Shown: positions 1-12,420 of the stretch, piece after piece
Position numbering within the stretch: the first letter of the stretch is position 1
How the letters are laid out: every line of letters starts with the position of its first letter
Source of the DNA: Pseudomonas aeruginosa
GTDB lineage: Bacteria > Pseudomonadota > Gammaproteobacteria > Pseudomonadales > Pseudomonadaceae
Direction of reading: 5' to 3'
Assembly: GCF_001457615.1 (NCBI RefSeq)
Contig: NZ_LN831024.1
Location: 1,470,001 to 1,502,000, forward strand
DNA: 32,000 bases
Translations under genes and position numbers: made by a program
Notes under the pieces: generated by a model
Database searches by the model: none
What the model saw: the letters and a program-made list of their open reading frames with translations, nothing else
Told to the model about the DNA's origin: nothing

Positions 1-775
1 CGGCGCGCGCTTCGCCAACCCCAGGCTGGTCGAGCGCTATGGCAACGACAGCATGCCGGAGACCGGCGACAACGTGGCCCGCGCCTTCGGCATCGCCCGC
101 GAAGACGCCGACCGTTTCGCCGCTTCTTCCCAGGCGCGCTACCAGGCTGCGCTGGAGGAGGGCTTTTTCCTCGGCGAGATCCTTCCGGTGGAGGTGCGTG
201 CCGGACGCAAGGGCGAGACGCGGCTGGTGGAGCGCGACGAGCATCCGCGGCCGCAGGCCGACCTGGCGGCCCTGGCGCGCTTGCCGGCGTTGTTCGCCGG
301 CGGGGTAGTGACCGCCGGCAATGCCTCGGGGATCAACGACGGGGCGGCGGTAGTGCTGCTGGGCGACCGCGCGATCGGCGAGCGCGAGGGCATCCGGCCG
401 TTGGCGCGGATCCTCGCCAGCGCCAGCGTCGGCGTCGAGCCCCGGTTGATGGGCATCGGCCCGCAGCAGGCGATCCTCCGCGCGCTGCAACGCGCCGGCA
501 TCGACCTGGACGAGGTCGGCCTGATCGAGATCAACGAAGCCTTCGCGCCGCAGGTCCTGGCCTGCCTGAAGTTGCTCGGCCTGGACTACGAGGACCCGCG
601 GGTCAATCCCCATGGCGGCGCCATTGCCCTCGGCCATCCGCTCGGCGCCTCCGGTGCGCGCCTGGTGCTCACCGCCGCCCGCGGGCTGCAACGCATCGAG
701 CGGCGCTACGCGGTGGTCAGCCTGTGCGTCGGGCTCGGCCAGGGCGTGGCGATGGTGATCGAGCGCTGCCGATGA
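1..775 (+). CDS. Acetyl-CoA C-acyltransferase (thiolase), C-terminal part; 5' end lies outside the window
   Basis: The frame is open from position 2 to the TGA at 773-775; track ORF 53..775 is only the part after an internal Met. Thiolase hallmarks are present: NASGINDGAAVVLL, NEAFAPQ, GGAIALGHPLGASGARL and CVGLGQG near the C-terminus. Confidence 0.93.
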   Translation, partial: GARFANPRLVERYGNDSMPETGDNVARAFGIAREDADRFAASSQARYQAALEEGFFLGEILPVEVRAGRKGETRLVERDEHPRPQADLAALARLPALFAGGVVTAGNASGINDGAAVVLLGDRAIGEREGIRPLARILASASVGVEPRLMGIGPQQAILRALQRAGIDLDEVGLIEINEAFAPQVLACLKLLGLDYEDPRVNPHGGAIALGHPLGASGARLVLTAARGLQRIERRYAVVSLCVGLGQGVAMVIERCR

Positions 776-827
776 GACACCGTTCCCCCTAGAAAAAGAG
801 GCGCCCAGGCGCCCGTTCGGAGTGCGT

Positions 828-2078
828 ATGAACAACAACAAGAAATGCGCGTTTTTCCTGCTGCCGATCCTTGCCGGCGATAGCGTTCCCGCCTTGGCCG
901 AGGGCTTCCTCGAAGACTCGCGGGCCAGCCTGGCCTTGCGCAACTTCTACATGAACCGCGACTTCCGCGATGGCGCGGGACGTGCGAAAAGCGAGGAGTG
1001 GGCCCAGGGCTTTCTCTTCGACTACCGCTCGGGCTATACCGAGGGCACCCTCGGCGTGGGTCTCGACCTGCTGGGCAAGCTCGGCGTCCGGCTCGATTCC
1101 GGCGCGGGGCGTAGCGGCACCGGCCTGCTTCCGCTTCGCGACGATGGCAGCGCGGCGGGCGACTACGCGCGGCTGGACGCGACCGCCAAGCTGCGCCTGT
1201 CGCGCAGCGAACTGAAGGTCGGCGGCCTGGTACCGAAGCTACCGACCATCCAGCCCAACTACGGGCGGCTATTCCCCCAGGTGTTCCAGGGCGCGCTGCT
1301 GACTTCCGGTGAACTGAGCGGACTGAGCCTGAACCTGGGACGGCTGACCGAGGTCAGCCAGCGCAACGAGGCGGGCACCAGCGACCTGGCGCTGTTCAAC
1401 CGCAACCGGCGTTTCGCCGGCGCGGCGCAGGCGGACCGTTTCGACCTGGCCGGCCTGGACTACCGTATCGCCCCGGACTGGACCGGCAGCTACCACTATG
1501 GCGAACTGGAGCAGGTCTACGCCCAGCATTTCCTCGGTCTCAAGGGGCGCATCGGCATCGCTGCGGACAGCCTGGAGAGCGACTTGCGCCTGGCGCTCAG
1601 CCGGGATACCGGCGGCGCTCGCGGCGGGCGCATCGACAACCGTTCCTTCAGCGGGTCGCTCACCTACCGCCTGCGCAACGGCCAGGCCTTCGGCCTGGGC
1701 TACCAGCGGATGAGCGGCGACCACGGTTTCCCCTACCTGGAGGGGACCGATCCGTACCTGGTCAATTTCGGCCAGTACAACGACTTCGCCGAGGCTGGCG
1801 AATCCTCCTGGCAACTGCGCTACGACTGCGACTTCGCGCCGCTCGGGGTGCCCGGCCTGAGCCTGATGACGCGCTATTTCAGCGGCCATGGCGCGAAACC
1901 GAAGGGCGCCGACGGCAGTCGCGAGTGGGAACGCGACAGCGACCTGCGCTACGTGTTGCAGGGCGGTGCGCTGAAGGGACTGGGGCTGGTCTGGCGCAAC
2001 GCTACCTACCGTTCGGCCTTCAGCCGCGACATCGACGAGAACCGCCTGTACCTGACCTATGAGCTGCCGCTGTTCTGA
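828..2078 (+). CDS. OprD/OpdK-family substrate-specific outer-membrane porin
   Basis: Track ORF 822..2078. The ATG at 828 lies 7 nt after GGAG (817-820); 822 is a GTG. N-terminal signal peptide ends in ALA-EGF, followed by FLEDSRASLALRNFYMNRDFR, which is typical of the OprD family, and the protein ends in ELPLF. By synteny from memory this is PA3588 (OpdR), but I did not recognise that from the sequence alone. Confidence 0.9.
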   Translation: MNNNKKCAFFLLPILAGDSVPALAEGFLEDSRASLALRNFYMNRDFRDGAGRAKSEEWAQGFLFDYRSGYTEGTLGVGLDLLGKLGVRLDSGAGRSGTGLLPLRDDGSAAGDYARLDATAKLRLSRSELKVGGLVPKLPTIQPNYGRLFPQVFQGALLTSGELSGLSLNLGRLTEVSQRNEAGTSDLALFNRNRRFAGAAQADRFDLAGLDYRIAPDWTGSYHYGELEQVYAQHFLGLKGRIGIAADSLESDLRLALSRDTGGARGGRIDNRSFSGSLTYRLRNGQAFGLGYQRMSGDHGFPYLEGTDPYLVNFGQYNDFAEAGESSWQLRYDCDFAPLGVPGLSLMTRYFSGHGAKPKGADGSREWERDSDLRYVLQGGALKGLGLVWRNATYRSAFSRDIDENRLYLTYELPLF

Positions 2079-2083
2079 GCCGT

Positions 2084-3004
2084 TCAGCCCTTGGCGGCGC
2101 TGACCCCTTCGAGGGTGGCGAAGGAGGTGTCCTTGGCGGTGAGCAGGAAGTCGCGCATGAATGGCGCATCGAACATGTCCGTGCGGATGGCGGCGAAGAG
2201 CGTGCAGTACAGGCCCTTTTCACCGAGGCGCCGGGCCGTCACGTAGCCGCGCGAGCTGTACTCGTGCAGGGCCCAGTTCGGCAGGCAGCAGACGCCGCGA
2301 CCGGAGGCCACCAGCTGCATCATCATCACGGTCAGCTCGGCTATGCGCACCTGCGCCGGCTCCACGTCGGCGGGGTCGAGGAAGCGGGTGAAGACGTCGA
2401 GACGATCGCGTTCCACCGGATAGGTGATCAGGGTTTCCCGCTCCAGGTCCTCCGGGACGACATACGGTCGACCAGCCAGGGCATGCTGGTTGGCCACCGC
2501 CAGCAGCGCTTCGTAGGTGAACAGTGGCACGTAGGTGATGCCGGGCAACTCGATCGGGTCGGCGGTCACCACCAGGTCGAGGTCGCCGCGGGCCAGGGCC
2601 GGCAGCGGCGCGAAGGAGAAGCCCGAGGCCAGGTCCAGTTCGACTTCCGGCCAGGCGTCGCGGAACTGGTCGATGGTCGGCATCAGCCACTGGAAGCAAC
2701 TGTGGCATTCGATGGCCATGTGCAGGCGTCCGGCGGTACCGCCGGCGAGCCGCGCCAGGTCGCGCTCGGCGGTGCGCAGCTGGGGCAGCAGCGAGTCGGC
2801 CAGTTGCAGCAGGCGCAGCCCGGCGCTGGTGAAGCGTACCGGCTTGGTCTTGCGCACGAACAGCTGCATGCCCAGGCGCTCTTCCAGTTCCTTGAACTGG
2901 TGCGACAGCGCCGACTGGGTAAGGTGCAGGCGCTCGGCGGCTTCCACCAGGCTGTCGGCTTCGCGCAGCGCGTGCAGGGTCTTGAGGTGGCGAAGTTCGA
3001 GCAT
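2084..3004 (-). CDS. metR: LysR-type transcriptional activator MetR
   Basis: 306-aa ORF with ATG at 3004. The N-terminal helix-turn-helix region [55 protein letters not shown] is near-colinear with E. coli MetR (MIEVKHLKTLQALR...[28 protein letters not shown]). Confidence 0.9.
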   Translation of the reverse strand: [306 protein letters not shown]

Positions 3005-3302
3005 GGCGGCCTCTGTATGAGCAAAACTTGATAGCGGTGCGGATTCGTTGAGTTTGTCTCATACGCCAGGGGCTGTCGACAAGCGATGGCCTCGATCCCG
3101 CAGAGCGTGCGATCGTGGAGCGACGGGGAGAAGAGCCCGGCACACGGGACGGCGGCACGGAGCAGCGGCGCAACGCCGCAGAGCCACAACGCCACGACCG
3201 CCTGGCGGCATTCATCAAACTGTCACGCTACTGTGGCAGCGCGCTGGACGAAATTTAATCAGAATCGCGCTCCACTGGGGTTTTGCGTTCTGGGTTTTCT
3301 TC

Positions 3303-4289
3303 ATGCGTGCTTTCATCTTCCTGGCCGCCTTGTTGTGCAGCCTCTCCTCCTTTGCGGCGGCGCGTTGCGACGCACGCGTACCTACCGAGACGGTCGAACT
3401 GGGCGACGTGCGCCTGGCCTACCAAAGCATCGGCCGCGACAGCGATCCGGCCCTGCTGCTGGTGATGGGCCTGGGCGGGCAACTGATCCACTGGCCGGAC
3501 GAGGTGGTCAGCGCCCTGTGCGAGCAAGGCTTCCGGGTGATCCGCTACGACAACCGCGACGTCGGCCTGTCGGCCTGGAACGTGCCGGTGCCCAGTTCGC
3601 GGCTGACCTACGAAGTGGTGCGTTATCGCCTCGGCCTGCCGGTCAGCGCGCCCTATACCCTCACCGACATGGCCGGCGATGCCCTGCATCTGCTCGACGC
3701 GCTGGATATCCCCCAGGCCCATGTGCTCGGCGCCAGCATGGGCGGGATGATCGCCCAGCACATCGCCGACATGGCGCCGCAGCGCCTGCTCAGCCTGACC
3801 CTGGTGATGACCAGCTCCGGCGCCGAAGGCCTGCCGGCGCCCAGCGAGTCGCTGCTGCGCCTGCTGGCGCGGCGCGAGGCGGCCAGCCGCGAGCAGGCGG
3901 TCGAGCAGCAGGCCGACCTGCTGGCGGCGCTGGGCAGCCCGGAAGTGCGCGATGATCGCCAGCAACTTCTGTTGCAGGCCGCACGTTCCTACGACCGCGC
4001 GTTCAACCCGGAAGGCGTGCAGCGGCAATTGCTGGCGATCCTCGCCGAACCCAGCCGGGTGCCGCTGCTGAACCGTCTGCAGGTGCCGACCCTGGTGATC
4101 CATGGCACCGCCGATCCGCTGCTGCCGGTGATGCACGGCGTACACGTGGCGGCGCATATCCGTGGCTCGGAGCTGAAGCTGATCCCCGGTCTCGCCCATC
4201 GCTTCCAGGAAGCCTTCAAGGAGCCGTTGCTGGCGGCGGTGGTGCCTTACCTGAAGGCCCATCGGCAGGCCAGCGTCGTCCAGCTCTGA
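3303..4289 (+). CDS. Secreted alpha/beta-fold hydrolase
   Basis: This is the in-frame internal start of track ORF 3048..4289. [20 protein letters not shown] is a signal peptide, whereas the upstream 85 codons are Arg/Pro-rich non-coding-looking sequence. Nucleophile elbow [10 protein letters not shown] (GxSxG), an MGLGG oxyanion-type motif, and HGTADPLLP near the C-terminus. No clear SD, so the start is moderately uncertain. Confidence 0.82.
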   Translation: MRAFIFLAALLCSLSSFAAARCDARVPTETVELGDVRLAYQSIGRDSDPALLLVMGLGGQLIHWPDEVVSALCEQGFRVIRYDNRDVGLSAWNVPVPSSRLTYEVVRYRLGLPVSAPYTLTDMAGDALHLLDALDIPQAHVLGASMGGMIAQHIADMAPQRLLSLTLVMTSSGAEGLPAPSESLLRLLARREAASREQAVEQQADLLAALGSPEVRDDRQQLLLQAARSYDRAFNPEGVQRQLLAILAEPSRVPLLNRLQVPTLVIHGTADPLLPVMHGVHVAAHIRGSELKLIPGLAHRFQEAFKEPLLAAVVPYLKAHRQASVVQL

Positions 4290-4305
4290 AGCCGCGCTCG
4301 CGGTC

Positions 4306-4635
4306 TCAGGCGTGCAGGCGTACCCAGAGGCCCACCAGCACGCTTGCCGCCACCAGCCAGGCCAGCGCCGCCAGGGCCAGCGAGGTCTCCAGGCGGAAGC
4401 GCTCGACCAGCAGGTAGAGCGCGGCGAGATAGACGAAGTAGGGGATGATCGACCACATGCCGAAGACGATGGTGGTCTTCAGGTCGTCCAGCGAACGGCC
4501 CTTGCCGACGATGTAGTGGGCAATCAGGGCGAAGGTGGGAAACAGCGGCACCAGGCCGGCGATGTAGTAGTTGCGGGTCTTCGACAGGACGGCGAGGAGC
4601 ACGACCACGGCGGCGCCGATCAGCGCCTTGAACAT
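4306..4635 (-). CDS. glpM: Small integral membrane protein GlpM
   Basis: Track ORF 4306..4644 begins at a GTG. The ATG at 4635 gives a 109-aa, very hydrophobic protein with 4 predicted TM segments. It lies immediately downstream of glpD on the same strand, as described for P. aeruginosa glpM. Confidence 0.85.
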   Translation of the reverse strand: MFKALIGAAVVVLLAVLSKTRNYYIAGLVPLFPTFALIAHYIVGKGRSLDDLKTTIVFGMWSIIPYFVYLAALYLLVERFRLETSLALAALAWLVAASVLVGLWVRLHA

Positions 4636-4720
4636 CAGGTCCACGGGATTCTCGACTGCGGCGGCGCCACCGGCTTGGTGGCGTCGCGCATTATGCCCGG
4701 ATCGTCCCGTACCCTTCCAT

Positions 4721-4749
4721 AACGAACGAGGCCCGCAAAAGCGGGCCTC
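4721..4749 (-). terminator. Stem-loop terminator candidate downstream of glpD
   Basis: On the minus strand, GAGGCCCGC-TTTT-GCGGGCCTC (4749..4728) forms a perfect 9-bp stem, followed by GTTCGTT. It lies 19 nt after the glpD stop. Confidence 0.6.
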
Positions 4750-4767
4750 GACGTTTCTGGCTGGCGA

Positions 4768-6306
4768 TCAGGCCGCATGCACCCGCGGGCGATGCGGATG
4801 CTCGCTCTGCAGGTACTGGCCGAGGCGCACCTGCTGGCTCGGCGAGAGGAACAGGCCGAGCTTGCTGCGGCGCCAGAGGATGTCCTCGGCGTCCTGGGCC
4901 CACTCGTGCTTGCACAGGTAGTCCACTTCGCGGGCATACAGGCCGCCGCCCAGGTGCTCGCCGAGATCGGCTTCGCCATTGACCCCGTCCAGCAGGCGCC
5001 ACACCCGGGTGCCGTAGGTGCGCGCCCAGCGCAGCGCCAGTTCGCGGTCGAGCCAGGCGTAGCGGTTGGCCAGTTGCTCGGTGAGCGCCTCGACGCTCTG
5101 CATCTGCTCGCCGCCCGGCAGCGGTGCCTTGGCGGTCCAGGCCGGGCCGAGATTGGCGAAGAACGGCTGGAGCTGCGTCAGCGCCGATTCGGCCAGCTTG
5201 CGGTAGGTGGTCAGCTTGCCGCCGAACACCGAGAGCAGCGGCGGCTCGCCGTTGCCGGCGGAGAGCGACAGGGTGTAGTCGCGGGTGATCGCCGAAGGCT
5301 CGTCGGACTCGTCGTCGCACAGCGGACGCACGCCGGCGAAGCTGTGCAGGATGTCGGCGGCCGCGAGTTGCTGCTTGAAATGGGCGTTCACCACTTGCAG
5401 CAGGTAGGCGGTTTCCTCTTCGCTGATCGCCACCTTGGCCGGGTCGCCCTGGTACTCGCGATCGGTGGTGCCGATCATGGTGAAACGGTCCAGATAGGGG
5501 ATGGCGAAGACGATGCGGCGGTCTTCGTTCTGCAGGATGTAGGCGTGCTCGCCTTCGTACAGCTTCGGCACGATGATGTGGCTGCCCTGGATCAGGCGGA
5601 TACCGTAGGGCGACTTCTGTTTCAGGTCGTCCTGGATGAAGCGCGCTACCCAGGGGCCGGCGGCGTTCACCAGGGCGCGGGCGCGGATCGAATACAGGCT
5701 GCCGTCGCTGCGCTCCAGGTGCAGGTGCCAGAGTCCCTTGCTGCGACGGGCGCTGACGCAGCGGGTGCGGGTATGGACGTGGGCGCCGTGCTCGCGAGCG
5801 GAGATCGCGTTGAGCACCACCAGGCGCGCATCGTCCACCGCGCAGTCGGAGTACTCGAAGCCACGGCGGATCTCGGCCTTCAGCGGGCTGCTGCCGGTGA
5901 AGCGCAGGCCGCGCGAGGCGGGCAGCTTCTCGCGCTTGCCGAGGTGATCGTAGAGGAACAGGCCGGCACGGATCATCCAGGCCGGGCGCAGGTGCGGACG
6001 GTGCGGCAGGACGAAGCGCAGCGGCTTGACGATGTGCGGCGCCTTGGCCAGCAGGACCTCGCGCTCGGCCAGGGCTTCGCGGACCAGGCGGAATTCGTAG
6101 TGTTCGAGGTAGCGCAGGCCGCCGTGGATCAGCTTGCTGCTGGCCGAGGAGGTGTGCTGGGCCAGGTCGTGCTGTTCGCAAAGGAACACGGACAGGCCGC
6201 GCCCGGCTGCGTCGGCGGCGATCCCTACACCGTTGATGCCACCGCCGACCACGGCGACATCGTAGACTTCGGCGAGTGGAGCGGAGGGGGTGTGCGCTTG
6301 ACTCAT
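4768..6306 (-). CDS. glpD: Aerobic sn-glycerol-3-phosphate dehydrogenase (FAD)
   Basis: Internal ATG at 6306 of track ORF 4768..6411 gives 512 aa beginning MSQAHTPSAPLAEVYDVAVVGGGINGVGIAADAAGRG, an N-terminal FAD GxGxxG fold. The 35 upstream codons run into the AT-rich operator region and are not coding-like. Confidence 0.95.
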   Translation of the reverse strand: MSQAHTPSAPLAEVYDVAVVGGGINGVGIAADAAGRGLSVFLCEQHDLAQHTSSASSKLIHGGLRYLEHYEFRLVREALAEREVLLAKAPHIVKPLRFVLPHRPHLRPAWMIRAGLFLYDHLGKREKLPASRGLRFTGSSPLKAEIRRGFEYSDCAVDDARLVVLNAISAREHGAHVHTRTRCVSARRSKGLWHLHLERSDGSLYSIRARALVNAAGPWVARFIQDDLKQKSPYGIRLIQGSHIIVPKLYEGEHAYILQNEDRRIVFAIPYLDRFTMIGTTDREYQGDPAKVAISEEETAYLLQVVNAHFKQQLAAADILHSFAGVRPLCDDESDEPSAITRDYTLSLSAGNGEPPLLSVFGGKLTTYRKLAESALTQLQPFFANLGPAWTAKAPLPGGEQMQSVEALTEQLANRYAWLDRELALRWARTYGTRVWRLLDGVNGEADLGEHLGGGLYAREVDYLCKHEWAQDAEDILWRRSKLGLFLSPSQQVRLGQYLQSEHPHRPRVHAA

Positions 6307-6338
6307 GTGAAAGGCCCTGAAGTCGAAAGTGAACGTAG

Positions 6339-6359
6339 TTTTGTTCGAATTCGAAAATA
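6339..6359. promoter_or_regulatory. GlpR (DeoR-type) operator candidate in the glpD promoter
   Basis: TTTTGTTCGAATTCGAAAATA is a near-perfect palindrome centred on GAATTC. It resembles the enteric glp operator half-site ATGTTCGWT / AWCGAACAT and lies 33-53 nt upstream of the glpD ATG. A second related motif, TTTTCAATTTCGAA, is at about 6405-6418. Confidence 0.65.
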
Positions 6360-6548
6360 GCTTAGTCGATTGCGCAGTTATTGACCAGCCCGATTCACCA
6401 GGCTTTTTCAATTTCGAAGGGGTGCCCGGGCGCTACCGGTTTGCCCGTCCGCGCGGGAACCGCCCCTCTTCCGCATGCGGGAAAGCGGCCGCCGAGGGTC
6501 GTGGCGCATGGGCAGGGGTCGGCAGGTGGCTTTTCTGAAACGAACATT

Positions 6549-6570
6549 CACGGCGCCGAACGGCGCCGTG
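6549..6570 (-). terminator. Stem-loop terminator candidate downstream of glpR
   Basis: CACGGCGCC-GAAC-GGCGCCGTG has a 9-bp perfect stem. On the minus strand it is followed by AATGTTCGTTTCAG. It lies 15 nt after the glpR stop. Confidence 0.5.
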
Positions 6571-6584
6571 GCAGGGGAAATGCC

Positions 6585-7340
6585 TCAGACCAGGTCCAGG
6601 TGAACCTTGTGCTGTGCCATCAGGCGGGCGATGGCGGCGGGCGGCGGGCTGTCGCTGATGACCCGGTTGACCAGCGAGATCGGTCCCAGGCGGACCACCG
6701 CGTTGCGCCCGAACTTGCTCGAGTCGGCGGCCAGGAACACTTGCCGCGCGTTGTCGATGATCGCCTGGGATACGCGCACTTCCTGGTAGTCGAAGTCGAG
6801 CAGGCTGCCATCCTCGTCGATGCCGCTGATGCCGACCAGGGCGAAGTCGACGCGGAACTGCTGGATGAAATCCACCGCGGCCTGGCCGACGATGCCGCCG
6901 TCGCTGCGTACGGTGCCGCCGGCGACCAGCACTTCGAAGTCTTCCTTGGCGCTGAGGGTGGCGGCCACGTGCAGGTTGTTGGTGATGATCTTCAGATTGC
7001 GGTGGTTGAGCAGGGCGCGGGCGATGGCCTCGGTGGTGGTGCCGATGTTGATGAACAGCGAGGCGTTGTCCGGCACCAGGCTGGCCACGGCTTCGGCGAT
7101 GCGCTGCTTCTCGTCACGCATCTGGTCGGCGCGCATGGTGTAGGCGGTGTTCTCGATGCTCGAATCGTAGGCCGCACCGCCGTGGTAGCGGCGCAGCAGT
7201 CCCTGTTCGGCGAGCTGGTTGATGTCGCGGCGGATGGTCTGCGGGGTGACCGCGAACATCTGCGCCATCTCCTCGATGCTCAGGTAACCGCGCTCGCGGA
7301 CCTCCTCGATGATGCTTTGCTGTCGGGGGGGCAGGTTCAT
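6585..7340 (-). CDS. glpR: DeoR-family glycerol-3-phosphate regulon repressor
   Basis: Internal ATG at 7340 of track ORF 6585..7466 gives 251 aa beginning [56 protein letters not shown], a DeoR helix-turn-helix followed by a sugar-phosphate-binding C-terminal domain. It sits between glpD and glpK. Confidence 0.93.
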
Positions 7341-7545
7341 GGGTTGTTCTCGTGCTGCCGGGCCGGGACCCTGGAAAGTCGCCAAGAATGCCGCACGCGG
7401 GGGGCCGTTGTCAGCCGTGCATGAGTCGTAGAGGGCGCCGCGGCGGCACCCGGCCGCCGCGCGCAAACGTTACCCAGGGCATGCCAGAGCGGCGCCCGGG
7501 AACACGCCATTCGCCGCATTGCGGCGGACGAATGGCGCCAGCTCG

Positions 7546-9102
<1,557 letters not shown>

Positions 9103-9942
9103 TCAGGAAGCGCGAACCTTCTCCGGCTCGGCTTCGGCGGGCGCTGCGGCGCTCGGCAGATGGCGCGCGATCAGTACACGATAGCCGCCGGCGCCGAGGC
9201 AGGCACCGAGGATCGGGGCGAAGATCGGCACCAGGAAATAGGGAATCTCGCGGCCGCCGGTGAAGGCGATGGGCCCCCAGCCGGCCAGGTAGGTCATCAG
9301 CTTGGGGCCGAAGTCGCGCGCCGGGTTCATCGCGAAACCGGTCAGCGGGCCCATGGCGCTACCGATCACGGCGATCAGCAGGCCGATCAGCAGCGGCGCC
9401 AACGGACCGCGCGGCAGGCCGTTGCCGTCGTCGGTAAGGGCCATGATCACCGCCATGAGGATGGCCGTGATCACCACTTCGACGAGGAACGCCTGGCCGA
9501 CCGACAGCGCCGGGTGCGGATAGGTGGAGAACACCGAGGCCAGGGCCAGGCTGTCCTGGCTGCCGCGGACGATGTTCTGCGCCTGTTCGAACTCGATGAA
9601 CAGGCTGCTGTAGAGGGTGTAGACCAGCGCTGCGGCGCAGAACGCACCGGCCACCTGGGCGGTGATGTAGAACGGCAGCTTGCGCCCCTCGAAGCCGGCG
9701 AACAGCCACAGCGCGATGCTCACCGCCGGGTTCAGGTGGGCGCCGGAGACGCCGGCGCTGAGGTAGATCGCCATGCTCACGCCGATCCCCCAGATGATGC
9801 TGATCTCCCACAGGCCGAAGCTGGCGCCGGCGACCTTCAGGGCCGCGACGCAACCGGTGCCGAAGAAGATGAGGAGGGCGGTGCCGAGGAACTCGGCCAG
9901 GCATTGGCCGAACAGGGACGGGGTCGGGGCGGCGGTGGTCAT
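9103..9942 (-). CDS. glpF: Glycerol uptake facilitator (aquaglyceroporin)
   Basis: 279 aa in the MIP family with both NPA boxes (SGAHLNPAVS and FAMNPARDFGPK) and six hydrophobic segments. Confidence 0.96.
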   Translation of the reverse strand: MTTAAPTPSLFGQCLAEFLGTALLIFFGTGCVAALKVAGASFGLWEISIIWGIGVSMAIYLSAGVSGAHLNPAVSIALWLFAGFEGRKLPFYITAQVAGAFCAAALVYTLYSSLFIEFEQAQNIVRGSQDSLALASVFSTYPHPALSVGQAFLVEVVITAILMAVIMALTDDGNGLPRGPLAPLLIGLLIAVIGSAMGPLTGFAMNPARDFGPKLMTYLAGWGPIAFTGGREIPYFLVPIFAPILGACLGAGGYRVLIARHLPSAAAPAEAEPEKVRAS

Positions 9943-9986
9943 GGGGCCTCTCTTGTCTGTTCTTGTAATTATGGCGGGCAGCCGTG

Positions 9987-10010
9987 AAAATTGTTCAGTT
10001 TCGAAAAAAT
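9987..10010. promoter_or_regulatory. GlpR operator candidate in the glpFK / ybaK divergent intergenic region
   Basis: AAAATTGTTCAGTTTCGAAAAAAT has the same TTGTTC-N-TTCGAAAA architecture as the glpD site. It lies 45-68 nt upstream of the glpF ATG. Further TTCG/CGAA-rich half-site-like clusters run through about 10040-10105. Confidence 0.6.
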
Positions 10011-10206
10011 ATATTCACAAAGGAATGCTGTCAAAGCGCGAAGATGAACGTTTGTCCGAAAAACGACCCTCCGGTTTCGTTTTCGCGGCCAATCGAATAT
10101 CGCTACCGAGGCACGCGGGCCGCGGCATCGGCGCCCGTGCAGCAGGGGCGGCGATGGCTTAAGGTAGGCGCCGGTTTTCAGCCAACGTTCTTCTCCGGGA
10201 GTGACC

Positions 10207-10677
10207 ATGACCCCTGCCATCGACCTGCTGAAAAAGGCCCGCGCCGCGCACAAGGTGCTCAGCTACAGCCACGACCCCAAGGCACCTTCCTATGGCCTGG
10301 AGGCCGCGGAAAAGCTCGGCCTGGACCCGCAGCGGGTGTTCAAGACGCTGCTCGCCGCCACGGAGAAGGGCGAGTTGCTGGTGGCGGTGGTGCCGGTGAT
10401 CGGCAGTCTCGACCTGAAGGCCCTGGCCCATGCGGCGGGGGCGAAGAAGGCCGACATGGCCGATCCGCAGGCGGCGCAGCGGGCTACCGGCTACCTGGTG
10501 GGCGGGATCAGCCCGCTGGGGCAGAAGAAGCGCCTGCGTACCTTCATCGATGAAAGCGCGCGGCAGTACCCGAGCATCCATGTCAGCGCAGGACGGCGCG
10601 GGCTGGAAGTGGAGCTGGCGGCCGAGGTGCTGGCCCAGCTGACCCAGGGTTCGTTCGCCGCCATCGGCCGTGAATGA
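10207..10677 (+). CDS. ybaK: Cys-tRNA(Pro)/Cys-tRNA(Cys) deacylase, YbaK family
   Basis: The ATG at 10207 lies 6 nt after GGAG; the track start at 10201 is a GTG. MTPAIDLLKK...TGYLVGGISPLGQKKRL...HVSAGRRGLEVELA aligns along its full length with E. coli YbaK (MTPAVKLLEK...STGYLVGGISPLGQKKRL...YVSGGKRGLDIELA). Confidence 0.9.
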   Translation: MTPAIDLLKKARAAHKVLSYSHDPKAPSYGLEAAEKLGLDPQRVFKTLLAATEKGELLVAVVPVIGSLDLKALAHAAGAKKADMADPQAAQRATGYLVGGISPLGQKKRLRTFIDESARQYPSIHVSAGRRGLEVELAAEVLAQLTQGSFAAIGRE

Positions 10678-10740
10678 GCCGCTAATCCCGCCGGCCTAGC
10701 GGTCGGCATTCGTCTTACTTTTCAATCTGTCAGGTTTTCC

Positions 10741-12225
<1,485 letters not shown>

Positions 12226-12420
12226 GCGGCGTTTCGCGGAAAAAGGCGGCGTTTTTGCCGGCGGCTTCACAACGCCGGCAGGTCGCCGCAAACGCCCGCT
12301 CGGGCAATGGGTCGAAGGCAGGGCGAAGTCCCACTGTTACGATCGGAAAAGATCGCACTGTATCGCCCATCCCGGAGCCTGCGGCGGCATGCTGTGGCGA
12401 TCGTTCCCAGGAGGTCTGCC

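Noticed and set aside
3048-3302. 85-codon N-terminal extension of the hydrolase ORF, and overlapping 289-aa ORF 3086..3955
   Set aside because: The extension is Arg/Pro/Thr-rich and precedes an obvious signal peptide that starts at the internal Met (3303). The 289-aa ORF is an off-frame shadow.
4691-6360. 496-aa minus-strand and 527-aa plus-strand ORFs overlapping glpD
   Set aside because: These are alternative or antisense frames of glpD. The products are Arg/Pro/Ala-rich and low-complexity. The glpD frame carries the FAD-binding motif and has the expected length.
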